64,000 nucleotides of DNA from Camelus dromedarius. Taxonomy: Eukaryota. The notes under the pieces were generated by a model that saw only the letters and a list, made by a program, of their open reading frames with translations, searched no databases and was not told the origin of the DNA. A program made the position numbers and the translations under genes. The stretch is from the NCBI RefSeq assembly GCF_036321535.1, contig NC_087436.1:25794001-25858000 (forward strand). Reading direction: 5' to 3'. This document shows, in pieces, positions 24,300-37,739 of this stretch (its first letter is position 1; each line of letters opens with the position of its first letter).

Positions 24300-27200
24300 T
24301 GTCTATTTTTAGGACATATCTATTTTATTCCTATTTTAACACTGGCACCAATTTGTCTAGTTTCCAAAAATATACTGTTGGTATTTTTACTAGGATCACA
24401 TTAAATTTAGATTAATTTGAGGGAGAACTGACATTCCTATGATGTTCCAATTTTTTTTTCCAAGAATGTGTCTTTCCTTGCACTGAAGTCTTCCTCTGTG
24501 TTTCTCTGTGGCATGTAAGGTTTTCTTCATAGATTTTACATGCTACCTGTTAAGCTTTGTATTTTATCTTTTGGTGTTTTATTCTTCTACCTAGTTATCA
24601 TCCCTATAAGAAGCCCATTTATTCCACATGTATCAGTTCTGCACCCAGCCCTGTAACTGCTTTGTCTTATTATTTATAATAGTCTTCCAATTGATCCTTC
24701 TAGGTTTTGCAAGGAAAATAAAAATTATTATTCTCAAGTAATGACAATTTAAAATTCTATGTTTCAATTTTTGTTTCTAAATTTATTCCTCAATGTATCC
24801 CCAATATCACTGGCTAATGCCTCTGGAAAATTTTTAATCAAAATGTTGACAGCAAATTTTGTTGCTTCATTATTGATTTCTGAGAAAATGTTATTAATGT
24901 TTTCTCAATTAGAATATACAAGCTATTTTTGCATATGTATAAACAGGTCATATAGACACTATTATGATTTTAAAAATCAAGAATAGGTGTTAAATTTTAT
25001 TAAGAGAATTTCTTTATAGGAAGATATGTATGACTGTCTCTTTTGACTTGCTAAATGTGTTGATTTATAGTTATAGCTATCCTGCTATATAACCACACTA
25101 ACATTCCAGGAATAAACTGCACTTGCTTTATTATTTGTTAAATAAACAACTGAATTTTGCTAGTTATTTTTAAAATATTTTTATTTTAATATATTTGAAT
25201 TTCCTGTGGTTTTCTTTTGTGTGTATATCTTTAATGGAATTTTGTTATCAATGTGATGCACCCTAATTCTAAAAGAGATAGGAAATTTTCTTTTTCTTTT
25301 TCTTTTTTCATATGCTTTGAACAACTGAAGTTTAACTGCAGTTATCTATTACTTAAAGTTTGGGAAGAATTCCTTTGAGAAAGCATCTGGGCAATAGCTA
25401 TCAGACAACCTTATCTTTTGAATGGTAAATCATGAGTGTAGTTTTCCAGACCCACTTTCTGGGGTCAGTTTTGGTGATTTATATTTTACAAGGAAAGCAT
25501 TTATTTCATCCATGTTCTCAAACTAAATTGCAAAGATTTGAAAAGATTAGTTGTTTGGAATTCTACTAATTTCTATAGTATTTGTGGTTATTTCACTATT
25601 GTCATTGATAAAATTAAGTAACTGTTCTTTTTATTCATGTTATCAATTTTATTTGCAACAAACAGGGCAATAGGTTTTATTTACTAATATTTAACTCTTC
25701 ATGCTTAATTAATTTTTGCTTTTATTTTTATGACTCACTCTTTTCTTCCATTTGTTTCTCTTGTTCCAAACATCGAAAAATTGAAAGCACAGTTTTTAAT
25801 ATATATTACGTTTCCTCTGTGCACTATTTTAGCTGTGTTTTTCATAGATTTAAAAATATTTTTTTAACTGACATAATTTTCTGAATCATTTACAATTTTA
25901 GTTTGATTTCCTATTTTATATAAGAGATGCATAATAGAAAATTTTCATTTCCTGGCAGAAAAATCATTCTTATTAGTTTTTACTTTATTGCATTGAGGTC
26001 ATATTATTTTTAATCTGGAATTTATTAAGCTGTTCTTTAGGGCCCAATATAAGGTCAATTTGTGACTATTACTTAGGAATTTGAAAAAATATGTATTCTC
26101 TCATCCTTTGGAAATACACACACATATTTACATGTTCATTTAATATAGAATATATTATAATGTTCATATTATTGAGAAGTGCCTAAAAATTTACTATTAC
26201 TATGGGATTCTACTTCTGTTTTTTCTGTAGATTTAGCTCCATTAATGTTGAAACTTTTTCTTTTTTTTTGGTGCATAGATAATTACCTAGTTAGTATGTC
26301 TTTACCCATTTATTAATTTCTAATCAGTATAAATATTTTTGTGTTAAGAATGTTTTCTTATTATACCATATTGTGCTCTGAGGTCCAGTCTGAGAATTTT
26401 ATTATTTTAATAAATAAGTGTAGTCCATTTGCATTTAGTGGTATGAATTTTTTTTCTCCCTTGGCTCTTGAAATTCTATGTTTACGTTAACCTATTTATT
26501 ATTTCTTTTTGTAATTTTTGATATTAGTTTTATTTTTCTTTTATTCCTGTTTTTTATACATTTATGATACTAACTTTGTATAAGAAATTTAATCCTCTTT
26601 CTTTGACAATGTCTATTAACTTCCTGCTATGAGCAATGGCATAATTCAGTGTTTGTACTTCCTTTTCTCTCCCTTTACTTCCTTCTTCCCCTATGTTGTT
26701 TAGCTTTATACATTAAAGTATACACTTATAACTTTATACCATTACATGGCTTATTTAACTTGTATTTATAAAAGATTAGATAATCATCTCATTCACCGTA
26801 ATTCCATTGTTTTCCTCATAGTATAATTTTAGTTATGCCATTTCTATGTTTTCAGAGCATATAATGTTTTCATCCTATTATCATATTCTCCATATTTGTT
26901 TTTATCCTAGTTGTTCAGGTAAATTAATGTCCACTGTCACTTATTTTCCCATAGTTGCCTGGATACTTATGTAAATTGACACAGAATATGTACATTGTCC
27001 ATTCCTACTTTGAAGGCTTTGTAAACATGCTCTCCTGTTTCCAGAGTTAAATGATGTGACAAGGAATAGGGGAATCAGAATAATTCTGTTCCTTTACATA
27101 TGACTTGACTTTTTATGCTTAGATTCCTAAAATTTTTTTTCTTTTATTTATTTAAGGTGCAGTAAAATTTACCAGGCTGTATTTCAGTATTCATGTATTG

Positions 27201-27830
27201 ACTGTTCTGTGTTAGTTTTTCTTGCTATAGGTGACTTTTTAATCCCCTACAGATTCCCATCTTTTATTTTTAGAAAGTTTACATTATTTTATTTTATTTT
27301 GTAAAGTTTTATTTTATCTTAGAATAGTTTTACTGTTTTCTTTTCTAGTAATCAATTCATTTTCCTTTTGGGACACCAATTTTGCAAAATGGAATACCAC
27401 TGCCTGTGTTTTTTTATCATTCATTGTTCTCTATTTTTAAAAACTCTTTGTCTTCATTTTATTATTCATCCACTAGTATTTGCCCAATTTTATCCCCCAT
27501 GCCAATGACTGTTTTCAGCAATATATAATTCATTAATTGCTGAATCCAATGAGGATTCATTTTTTGGTGGTTTTGAATATGTGTGGATCTATGTTTGTGT
27601 TTTTCTAGGCTTTTTTCCTGTGCTTTGCATTTTCCCATTTTATTTCCTTCTGAATTCTCATCATATTATCATTAAGAAAAAGACTTGCATATCTTTAGTC
27701 TGTCTTCATTTAAAGTACCAACAGTAATTTAGGCTTTCATCCAAAGCAGTTCCTCTAAGGTCTCACTTTTCAATCAAGTTTCCAAACTGTTTTATTGTTT
27801 GACTGGTAAACCGTTCACAGAGTGGGCTAT
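24300..27830 (-). mobile_element. Ancient, heavily decayed L1 (L1M/L1ME-type), antisense ORF2 to ORF1 region
   Basis: Long T-rich tract with antisense L1 ORF2 signatures (ttaaatttagattaatttgagggagaactgacatt; cattccaggaataaac; gaagaattcctttgagaaagcatctgggc). Confidence 0.7.
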
Positions 27831-27871
27831 TATTTGGTGAATGTGCTTTGCTTCTTTTTCTGAATTTTAAG

Positions 27872-28293
27872 AGCAAGGGGCTGCCATAAAAAATTACTAC
27901 AAACTTGTGGCTTAAAGCAACAGAAATAAATTATTTTATAGTAATGTAGGCCAGAAATCTGGAACCAAAATGTCAGCAGCATCATGCTTCCTCTGAAAGC
28001 TCTTGAGAAGAGCACTTCCTTGCCTCTCTCAGGTTCTGGTGACCCCTGGCCTTTCTTGGCTGGTGGCAACCTAAGTCCAGTCTAAACCTTTATCTTCACA
28101 TGAGCCTCTCTTCCTTGTCTTCACCCCCTTTTTTTAAAAAAAGGATAGCTGTCACTGGATTTAGTGCCCACTCTAATCTCATCTTGAGATCCTTAATTTA
28201 TTACATCTGCAAAAACACTTTTTCCAAATAAGGTCACATTCATAGGCTCTGAGTGAACATACTGTTTTTAGGGTCACTATTCAGTCAACTACA
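27872..28293 (-). mobile_element. MLT1 (B/C-like) MaLR solo LTR
   Basis: ctgccataaaaaattactacaaacttgtggcttaaagcaacagaaat...tttccaaataaggtcacattc...cactattcagtcaactaca. Confidence 0.85.
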
Positions 28294-28424
28294 GGATCTT
28301 AGCAAATTTCTATTTGCCTTTCTAACTTTGGGAAAAATGGTACTTTCTTCATAATTTATGGTTTGAGGTTACAAATGTCTCTCTTTCATCAAAACATTAA
28401 CTTAATTTTTGTTTCTTATTACTT

Positions 28425-28607
28425 TTCCCCCAAGTTTTATTGAGATATAATTGACATGTAGCATTTTATAAGTTTGAGGTGTACAATGTATTTTGATATA
28501 TGTATATATTGTAAAATGATCACTACTGTAGCATTAACTAATACCTCCCTCCCATCATATCATTACCATTTTTTTGTGTGTGTGGTGAGAACATTTAAGA
28601 TCTACTC
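28425..28607 (-). mobile_element. Older L1MA-type 3' end, interrupted by the younger L1 and resuming at ~30564-30645
   Basis: ttttattgagatataattgacat...gtggtgagaacatttaagatctactc; continuation ttag...attatgtactttagatcccc after the insertion. Confidence 0.8.
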
Positions 28608-30563
28608 ATTCTTTACACTAACAATAAATCAACAGGAAAAGAAAGTAAAGAGGCAATCCATTTTAAAATAGCACCCAAGGTAATAAAATACCTATGAATA
28701 AATCTAACCAACGAGGTGAAAGACTTATACGTGGAGAACTACAAAACACTGAACAAAATTTAAAAAGATGTAAAAAAATGGAAAGTTATCCCATACTCTT
28801 CCATGATTGGAAGAATCAATATTGTTAAAATGGCCATACTGCCCAAGGCAATCTACAGATTCAATGTGATCTTTATCAAATTGCCCAGAACATATTTCAC
28901 AGAACTAGAACAAATCATATTAAAATTTATATGGAATCACAAAAGACCCAAAATTGCCAAAGCACTACTGAAGAAAAAGAACAAAGCTGGAGGAATAATC
29001 CCCCCAGACTTCAGATAACAATACAGAGCTACAGTAGTCAAAATACCACGGTATTAGTACAAAAACAGACATAGGGATCAATGAAATAGAACAGAGAGCC
29101 CAGAAATGAACCCACAAACTTTTAGTCAATTAATCTTTGACAAAGGAGGCAAGAACATGTAATGAACATACAATAAAGACACTTTCTTCAGCAAATGGTG
29201 TTGGGAAAACTAGACAGCTACATGTAAATCAATGAAGTTAGAATACTCCCTCACACTATACACAAAAATAAACTCAAAATGGCTTAAAGACTTAAACATA
29301 AGACACAATAAACCTCCTAGAAGAAACCATAAGCAAAACATTATCTCACATACATCTCAGCAATATTCTTTGAGAGCAGTCTACCCAAGCAATAGAAATA
29401 AAAGTAAAAATAAACAAATGGGACCTAATTAAACTTACAAGCTTTCGCACAGCAAAGGAAACCATAAGGAAAACAAAACGACAACCTACAGAATGGGAGA
29501 AAATATATGCAAAACATGAAACTGACAAAGGCTTGATTTCCAGAATATATAAACAGCTTATATGACTTAGTAAGAAAAAAACAAACAACCCAATCCAAAA
29601 ACAGGCAGAAGACCCAAAAAAGCAATTCTCCAATGAAGACATATGAATGACCAATAGGCACATGAAAAATTGCTCAATATCACTAATTATCAGAGAAATG
29701 CAAATCAAAACTACAATGAGGTATCACCTCACACCAGTCAGAATGGTCATCATTCAAAAGTCCACAAATGATAAATGCTCGAGAGAGTGTGGAGAAAAGG
29801 AAAGTCTCCTACACTGTTGGTAGGAATGCAGTTTGGTATAGCCATTGTGGAAAACAGTATGGAGATTCCTCAAAAGACTAAAACTAGACTTACCATATGA
29901 CCCAGCAATCCTACTCCTGGACATATATCCAGAGGGAACCCTAATTCAAAAAGACACCGGTACTCCAATGTTCATAGCAGTGTTGTTTGCAATAGTCCAC
30001 ACATGGAAACAACCTAAATGTCCATCAACAGATGAATGCATAAAGAGGCTGTGGTTTATTTATACAATGGAATACTACTTAGCCATAAAAAATATAAAAT
30101 AATGCCATTTGTGGCAACACGGATGGCCCTGGAGAATGTCATTCTAAGTGAAGTAAGCCAGAGAGAGAGAAAAAATACCATGTGACATCACTCACATATG
30201 TGGAATCTAAAAAAAAAAAAAAAAAGACAAATAAACTTATATATAAAACATAAATAGACTCACAGACATAGAATACAGACTTTCAGTTGCCAGAGGGGAG
30301 GGGAGTGGGAAGGGAAAAACTGGGACTTTGAGATTTTCAGATACTGACTGGTATATATAAAATAGATGAACAAGTTTATACTATATAGCACAGGAAAATA
30401 TTTTCAATATCTTGTAATAGCTTATGGTGAGAAAGAATATGAAAATGAATATATGTATATTCACTATGACAGAAGAATTGTCCTGTACACCAGAAATTGA
30501 CACAACATTGTAAACTGACTATACCTCAATAAAATAAAAATAGAAATAAATAAAATTTAAAAA
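28608..30563 (+). mobile_element. Lineage-specific L1, 5'-truncated (~1.95 kb; ORF2 3' part, 3' UTR, A-rich tail)
   Basis: ORF2 fragments [20 protein letters not shown] and [21 protein letters not shown]. 3' end ctgtacaccagaaattgacacaacattgtaaactgactatacctcaataaaa. TSD aagatctactc (28597-28607) / aagatctctc (30564-30573). Confidence 0.95.
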
Positions 30564-30644
30564 AAGATCTCTCTTAGAAACAGGTAGGCATACACTACAG
30601 TATAATTAGTTATAATCAACATTATGTACTTTAGATCCCCAACT

Positions 30645-31010
30645 AAATAATTATTGATAGGTAAGGACTTACTAAAGCCATCTCCTTTACTGTTTTCTGG
30701 CTGTTGAATAGTTCCTTTGTTTCTTTTTTCCTCTCTTGCTGTCTTCCTTTGTGATTTGATCATTTCCCATGGTGATAGTCTTCAATTTCCTTCTCTTTAT
30801 CTTTTGTGTATCTATGTAGATTTTCTGTGTGTTTATCACTAGGTTTACATAAAACATCTTATAGAAATACAGTCTATGTTAAACTGATCACTTAACTTCA
30901 CTTGCATACAAAAGTTCTCCCCTCTTACTCCTTCTCTCCTACATTTTATGCTTTTCCAATCATAATTTACATGTTTTATACTGTTTATGCATTGAAATTT
31001 ATTGTTAATA
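30645..31010 (-). mobile_element. L1 fragment (ORF1 end / inter-ORF region, antisense)
   Basis: ttattgataggtaaggacttact...ttctggctgttgaatagttcctttgtttc...gtcttcctttgtgatttgat, typical of L1MA/MB antisense. Confidence 0.7.
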
Positions 31011-31035
31011 CACTGCCATATTACAGCATTAGAGT

Positions 31036-31112
31036 ACTGCTGTACACCAGAAATTGACACAACATTGTAAACTGACTATACTTCAACGCAAACATACAGT
31101 AAAAAAAAAAAG
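31036..31112 (+). mobile_element. Short L1 3' tail
   Basis: tgctgtacaccagaaattgacacaacattgtaaactgactatacttcaa, nearly identical to 30481-30530, followed by an A run. An MLT1-like fragment follows (~31113-31216). Confidence 0.8.
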
Positions 31113-32833
31113 AAGCAAATCAGTTAGTCCAGCCACACTTAAGAGGAGGGGAATTAGATTCTACTTCTTGAAAGAAGGAGCATCAAATAATTTGTGGACC
31201 TATTTAAAACCACTGCAGCCATCTAATCACAACATTCTAAGGTCTCATGGTTTCTCCAAGTACATCTTTTCCATAAGTAAATTTTCTTCGTGTCTTCTCT
31301 TCTACGCACCAATGGAGTGTTAGCGCACCTCAGAGATTTGCTCCAGGTGCTCTCTGACTATCTGTCCATCCCACAGAATCTATCCTGGTGCTATGATATG
31401 TAGATATCTAAATTATGAAGAACACAAGTTATCTCTGTAGTTTAGATTTATATACCTAATATGAGAAACCCAGGGAAACAGTAGTCTCATAATGTTTCTT
31501 ATCCAGGAGTACCAGGTTGGGACAGATAGGAAGAGTTGGGGGAATATAACAGATTTTTGATTTAACAGATGGGTCCACATTTGTTTCCTTTTATTTGTTT
31601 GTAATAACAATATTTATTCTAATTAGAAATCTCAAAGCATTATAAGAGAAAACTAGGTTTTACTTTTTAATTTTTATTGTCTGTTTTTCAAAATGAGACA
31701 TGGTCTAGGACACTTTGGAAAGCACTGACTTAAAGAATGCTGTTCGCCAAGGCTCATTAATTGCTTTTTGAGAACACTACACATTATGTAAGCAGCAATA
31801 CTTTGAAGGAAATAGTAACTAAATATTATGCATATTCCTATTTTTTGCTTAAAGAAAATGAGTAGAGCTTAATGAATTTAGCCTTTAGAATGGGACAGAA
31901 AATGTCTGAAGACAAATTGTCTAACAGTAGAGAAAAGGGTAGTTAGCAATTATTGTTAAAACCTTTGCCTCCCTACTCTAATATTTTAATGCTAAGGCAT
32001 CTGGAAAATTTAATCTTTTCCCCTCAGGCAGTATTTTGTTTTGATATTTTGGATTCCTGAAACTTTCTGAAAAGATCACTATCCATTTATCGCTTTTTAA
32101 TGAATTTTCAAAGAACCTAAGTTTTAAATTTATACTCCAAACCAGCCCTGGGTCACCAGTTCTTGCAGTTTTGTAACTTCTAAGCTGCCGTTTTCATCAT
32201 TCAAACCACAGGCTCCATGTTACATATTTCTTTGTTTTCTAAGTGGGTTTATTTTCTTCTGACACAAATACCAAGGCAAAAATGTTGAGTCTGCGCACTG
32301 ATGGTTATTTTTAACTTCTTCCAGTTAAAAAGATAGTCAAGATATCTGCCAAAGCAGCTCTGGCAAAAACCAAAAAACAAACAAAAAAACTATTTTAGCC
32401 AGTTTAGTAATATACATTTAATGCACTTTTTTCCATTTGCAAGATCCACCATGGGAATCTCAGCATTTTTATTTTCTTCCAGATGTAGAATAAAAATGGC
32501 AAGAGGTTATTTCAGGGCAGATTTTTGGAGAATAATTTGAATTAGCATGAAGTTAACATTTTCTAAATGGCTATTTCAGAAACTAGATCATTAACCTTTA
32601 GAAAAGACAAAAAAAGAAATATATTGGAACACTGTTCTAGTATTACTGGCTTCCAACAGAACTTGGAGTAAGTAGCATAACTCCTGGACCAACTAAAAAC
32701 AGAATTATTCATTAGAAACATACAAAACTTCAAAATAAAACACTCCTACCTATAAGATAACCCCACTCAATAAAATATATTAAAAAGCATTATCTAGAGT
32801 TATGAAATAAAATGAGATGAAAAATTAAAGATA

Positions 32834-33334
32834 CAGATCTTCCTTGACTTACGATGGAGTTATGTCCCAATAAACCTATTGTAAATTGAAAATATTGTAA
32901 GCCAAAATGCATTTAATACATCTAACCAACCAAACATCACAGCTTAGCCTTGCCTACCTTAATGCACTCATGACATTTACATCAGCCTACAGTTGAGCAA
33001 ATGCACCTAACACAAAGTCTATTTCATAATAAAGTGTTGAATAACTCATGTAATGGTTTGAAAACTGTACTGAAAGTGAAAAACAAAATGGTTGTCCAGG
33101 TAGAGAATGGTTGTATGTGTCTGGAGTGTTTACCCCCTGGTCACGTGGCTGATCAGAGCTGTGGCTGTGACTGCCAGCAGCACAACAGAGTATTGTACCA
33201 CACATCACTAGCCAGGGAAAGATCAAAATTCAAAATTCAAAGTATGGTTTTTACTGAATGCCTATCACTTTTGCACCATTGTAGTCGAAAAATTGACTTT
33301 TTAAATTGAACCATTGCAAGTTGAGGATCATATA
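32834..33334 (+). mobile_element. MER47/Tigger5-derived non-autonomous DNA transposon (TcMar-Tigger)
   Basis: TA|cagatcttccttgacttacgatgg ... accattgcaagttgaggatcatata|TA terminal inverted repeats; internal cttagccttgcctacctt and ataataaagtgttgaata. Confidence 0.88.
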
Positions 33335-34399
33335 TATATATTTTTCAAGTTAAATTAGAGCATTTCTTTTGGAAGAAATTGTGGAGTCTTATAAAAGAGA
33401 CAGAATGTAGAGGAAAAGTAGAAGATTTAGGTGATTAACAATTTTATAGAAACATGATAAAAACATCTAAAATTAAAATATTCTTCCATAAAAAGAATTA
33501 TATGGAAGAAATATAGATCATATGGAAACATCTAAACATGAACTAAATAACCTGCTTTTACACTGAACTCAGACTCATGTGTATCAGTGAGAATGCTGCA
33601 TCACTGCAATATCAGCAAATAACTAACATGGGCTGAAACAGCAAGGGGCGGTGATGGGGTAGGAGATACACAGGACATCCTTTGGAATCTGGGGTGTTGA
33701 CTCAGAGTTAAAGATGAACTTATCCAAGAGGGAACTGGCTTCTTGCAGAATATTTGGGAACTAAAATCTACTCCACTGAAACCAGCTGTAGACTTCAGTG
33801 CTAGGACAATCCATTCTAGCAAAGTGCTGAGGTGATGGATGGAGTCTGGAAGCCACTGGAACAGCATATCACACAGCTGCAAGCTCAAGTCTTGGACTTC
33901 ATTCTCAATCAAGCTGGTGGAAGCGCATGTGCTTCCTCTAATATGAAGCTATATAAGCTCCCAGCCCAGAGAACTAGATCTCTCTTCCAGAATCCAAATT
34001 CTTGTCCCACTATGTGCAGCTTCAGAGTATGATGAGCAACAGGGAAATGATGTAATGAATGCTCCTGTCTCTTAATTTTCCCCAATAATACTTTTTCAGG
34101 TCTCATGTGCCTATTCATTGGTCAACTGGCCTTCTTTGCCTAGTAGTCATTTTGGGTAAGTAAGGTGGCATGTTTGTGCTGCTAAGTTCCTCAGAATTAT
34201 ACCCATTATGCATGCTTCACAAATGAAATAAGAATGTGTCAACATATAAGCTATTACTAAGGTGTTGCAATGCTTTCTGCTTATTGTCATATTTTCATTA
34301 CTAGATTACAAACTCTTAGAACAAAGAACTCTTTTATTCATTGGATGATTTTTTTCATTTCATTTTCATTTTTGCATTATTTCACCACATAAAATATTG

Positions 34400-34958
34400 T
34401 GTGGACAGGCTCCAGGATGGCTCCCAATTTCCCCTGCTTTCTGTTGTTCATGCTTCTGTAAGATCCTCTCTTAGTGTGGGTGGGATCTGTGATTTGTTGC
34501 TAACCCATAGAATATGATAAAGACCATGGAATATTTTCATGATTATATTGCCTAAGATTGTGCCTTCTATCTTGTTAGCAGATCTTTTCTATTGACTCTT
34601 GCTGGCTTTGATGAAGTAAGCTGGCAAATAGACAAGCCCAAGAGACAAGGAACTGAGGGAGGCTCTAAGTGACAATAAGGAAAGAACTGAGGTACTTAAC
34701 TGGGTAGGACACAATGGACTGAATCCTGGCAAAAAAACAGAAACAGAAACAGAAACAAAAACAAAAACAAAAAAAAACACTTAAGCTTAGAAATAAGCCC
34801 CTCCTCATTTGAGCCTCAGATGAGATCCCAGCCCAGAATGGCATTTGGATTGCAGCTTGTGGGAGTAGCTAAAGCAAAGGATCCAGGCAAGCCGTACCTG
34901 GATCGCTGACCCACAAAAACTGTAGCAATTTATTATGCAGCTTTAGATAACTCATACA
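34400..34958 (+). mobile_element. MLT1E-like MaLR solo LTR with an internal (AAACAG)n/(AAAAC)n expansion
   Basis: tgtggacaggctccaggatggctccc...ggctttgatgaagtaagctg...gagcctcagatgagatcccagcc...tagataactcataca. Confidence 0.85.
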
Positions 34959-36069
34959 ACTATATATATATATTTAGTCACACTAAGCTCATGCTTTGTT
35001 TTATGAAATGGCTGATTTTTATTGATACCAACTTTTTAATTTAATGGATACAAATCAATGGTCAAATAAGAATAATTTTTATTCAGAAAGGTCAGACATG
35101 AAAGACTGTTTAATTTATTTAACCACAAAGAGCAAAGAACACAAGTTCAGCCCTTTGTTAGAAAATCAAACGAATTTTCTAATACTACCACTGAGATGGG
35201 TTCTTCTTACCATACTGCAGAAACAGTTAGAAATCAATAAAGACAGCTATATGCCCCTTCTAAATATTCTATATTCAATCAATACTTCTCAATTTAAACT
35301 TGTCTTGACATTTACAAAACTTCTCCCCGTTAAAATAAGCCAATAAATGTATAAAACACACACTTGGAGGTCCCTATCTCTACCCCGGGGGGGTAAACTC
35401 AAACGAGGGAGTCAATGATTTTGCCTGCATATGGATTATGGAGAGGTAAATAATTTCCAGCTGGTGGAAAGTGGTCAAAGAGTAGCAGAAAAAGAAGTGA
35501 CGCTGATTATAATCAGGAGAATTATCCATGCCTAGTCCAAACTGGAAAAAGAACAAGCAATATCTGTATCTAGTATATACAAAAATGAATGCCCTCCCCT
35601 CCTTTCCCCATCCTTTCATCTATCTATATTATTCTTGATTCTACTTGAAATTTATTATACTATTATAATGTAGTATTAGTAAATAACTGTATCTTATTAT
35701 ATCATGATATCATATCACTAAATAACTCTAAGTAAATAATAAAGGATTAAAACAATCTATGCAGTAATAAATATATTTTGGGTCAGAAATTATGCTTTTA
35801 TTTTGGAGCTACAAAATATTTTACTTTCTGGAAGTCTAAATCAGTATTTACCTTCTTGGTTCTTAACTTTCACTCTGAGAGTTTTTATATTTTGAATACT
35901 TGATCTTTTTTATCCTCAGTGAATTAAGGAGACAGTATCCATGCTCATCCCAGATCTCTTAAGATAACTTTTATCATTTCAGTGTATCTTTCCCTGACTA
36001 CCTTGTGCTGATCTCTTACCAAAACTTCCCTTGCATTGCTGGAATTTCACTGCTCAGATTTAGAAAGAA

Positions 36070-36148
36070 CAGAGTACCTGGCAGTTTACACTTAGATGCT
36101 GATCACCCAGAGTACCTGGCAGTTTACACTTAGGTGCTGATCACCCAG
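36070..36148. repeat. 38-bp tandem duplication (2 copies, 1 mismatch)
   Basis: cagagtacctggcagtttacacttag(a/g)tgctgatcacc twice, followed by cag. Confidence 0.95.
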
Positions 36149-36269
36149 CTTGTGGATTGGGTGCCCCTGAGGAAACACACCTGTCACCCAAGTGGTAATC
36201 AACATGTTAAGATGACCGACTGATCCGCGAGCGTGAAAGCCCAGTTCTGCTGCATCTAATGTAACTCTT

Positions 36270-36472
36270 AGATGCAGTGCACCCGCAGAGCCACCCTGCG
36301 GGATCCAGCTGAGCCTGGGACCTTGCCTGCAGGTTTCACTTGGCTTATTCTGTTTCCCTTTCCTGCTCTGTCCTCTCCTTTTGTGGTTTTTCCTAGGACT
36401 GGTTCTTTAACAAATTACAATTTGCACAAAAACCATTCAGGGTTTGCTCCCAGGGAACCTGAGCCAGGACAC
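36270..36472 (+). mobile_element. ERVL LTR 3' part (LTR16/LTR33-like)
   Basis: cagagccaccctgcgggatccagctgagcctgggacc...cagggtttgctcccagggaacctgagccaggaca. Confidence 0.6.
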
Positions 36473-36796
36473 AAAGGATGACTAGAATATTCTCCCGTGT
36501 CAGAGTCTGTCCCGTGTCTCTGGATTAGAAATGTAAAGCTGCAGGGTCAGTGGAGGAAGTCCATTCCCACCAGATTAGAACGTAAGCTCTACAGTAGCAG
36601 AGACTTCGACTGTCTCCTTTATTATTCCTTCACAAGGGGCCACCACAAGACTGGTACATAGAAAATGCTAAATGGGTATTTACTGAGTGCTTTAATGGCT
36701 ATACAGAATGGAAACTTGACTAGTCAAAAAAGTAAACTAATAAGAGACAAACTAATATGTAATACAGAAAAAAGGGATGGATGACATATTTCTTTA

Positions 36797-37355
36797 TGTT
36801 AATTATCTAGTTGCTCTGTAACAAATTACCCCCAAATACAGCAGCTTTATAAAACAAGAATCCTTTATTACTTCTCATGGTTCTGTGGCTCAGGAACTAG
36901 AACACAGTAGGAATGGTTTGTCTGCGGCTACAGTAAGAAAACTCAAAGACTCAGGGCTGCTATTATCTAAAATCTTACTCCTTCACAGGTCTGACAGTTG
37001 ATGTGGGCTATCAGCTGAGGACCTGGCAGGGGCTGCCAGTGTGAACAATCACACATGGCCTCTACATGTGGCTGGTGCTTCCTCAAAGTGTAGCATATGC
37101 ATCACAAGAGCAAGTATTGAGAGAGATGGTGAAAGAGAGAGAAAGACTGCTGATGGACACTATATTGCCTTTAAGACGTAGCCTCAAAAATCCCATAGCA
37201 TCGGTTCTGCCTTGTTGGTTGAGACAGTTACAAGTTTCACTTAGGCTCTGGGAAGGTAACAGACACCACCTCCTAACAGGACATGTTAAAGTTGTGAGGA
37301 TATGGAATGAGATACATGTTGGTGAAGCCATCTTTGGAGCAAAAAAATCTGCCGC
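36797..37355 (-). mobile_element. MLT1 (G/H-like) MaLR solo LTR
   Basis: tgttaattatctagttgctctgtaacaaattaccccc...cacatggcctctacatgtggc...gccatctttggagcaaaaaaatctgccgca. Confidence 0.8.
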
Positions 37356-37739
37356 ATTGCCTTTAACTTCATTTTAAATTTGTTTCATGTTTTATTTTAG
37401 CACATATAAAGAGAAAGAAAATAGGCCCATAAGTCAGGAGGGAGATTGACTTCTCTCTCTAGAATTCCTAATTTACTCAGCAAATTTTATTAACTCTGCT
37501 TTTGTAAAATTTTATTTCTCCATCTGTGATAAATTGACTCTCCTCGCCCTTGAATCTAATATTTTTCAATATCATTCATAGTTGAAATATACTGGTTAAT
37601 TCTCAAGGTTAAAATTATTGTGGTCTCAAACTTTTTATGGGTTTTGGAAATATGAGTAAGAAATTTTCTTAAAGAGGGATAAGATTTTTTTTCCAGATAA
37701 TCTTCAAATTATATGAAAGGCTGCAAAATACAGACGTCA

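Noticed and set aside
28803..30102. Functional L1 ORF2
   Set aside because: 5'-truncated and broken by stops and frameshifts.
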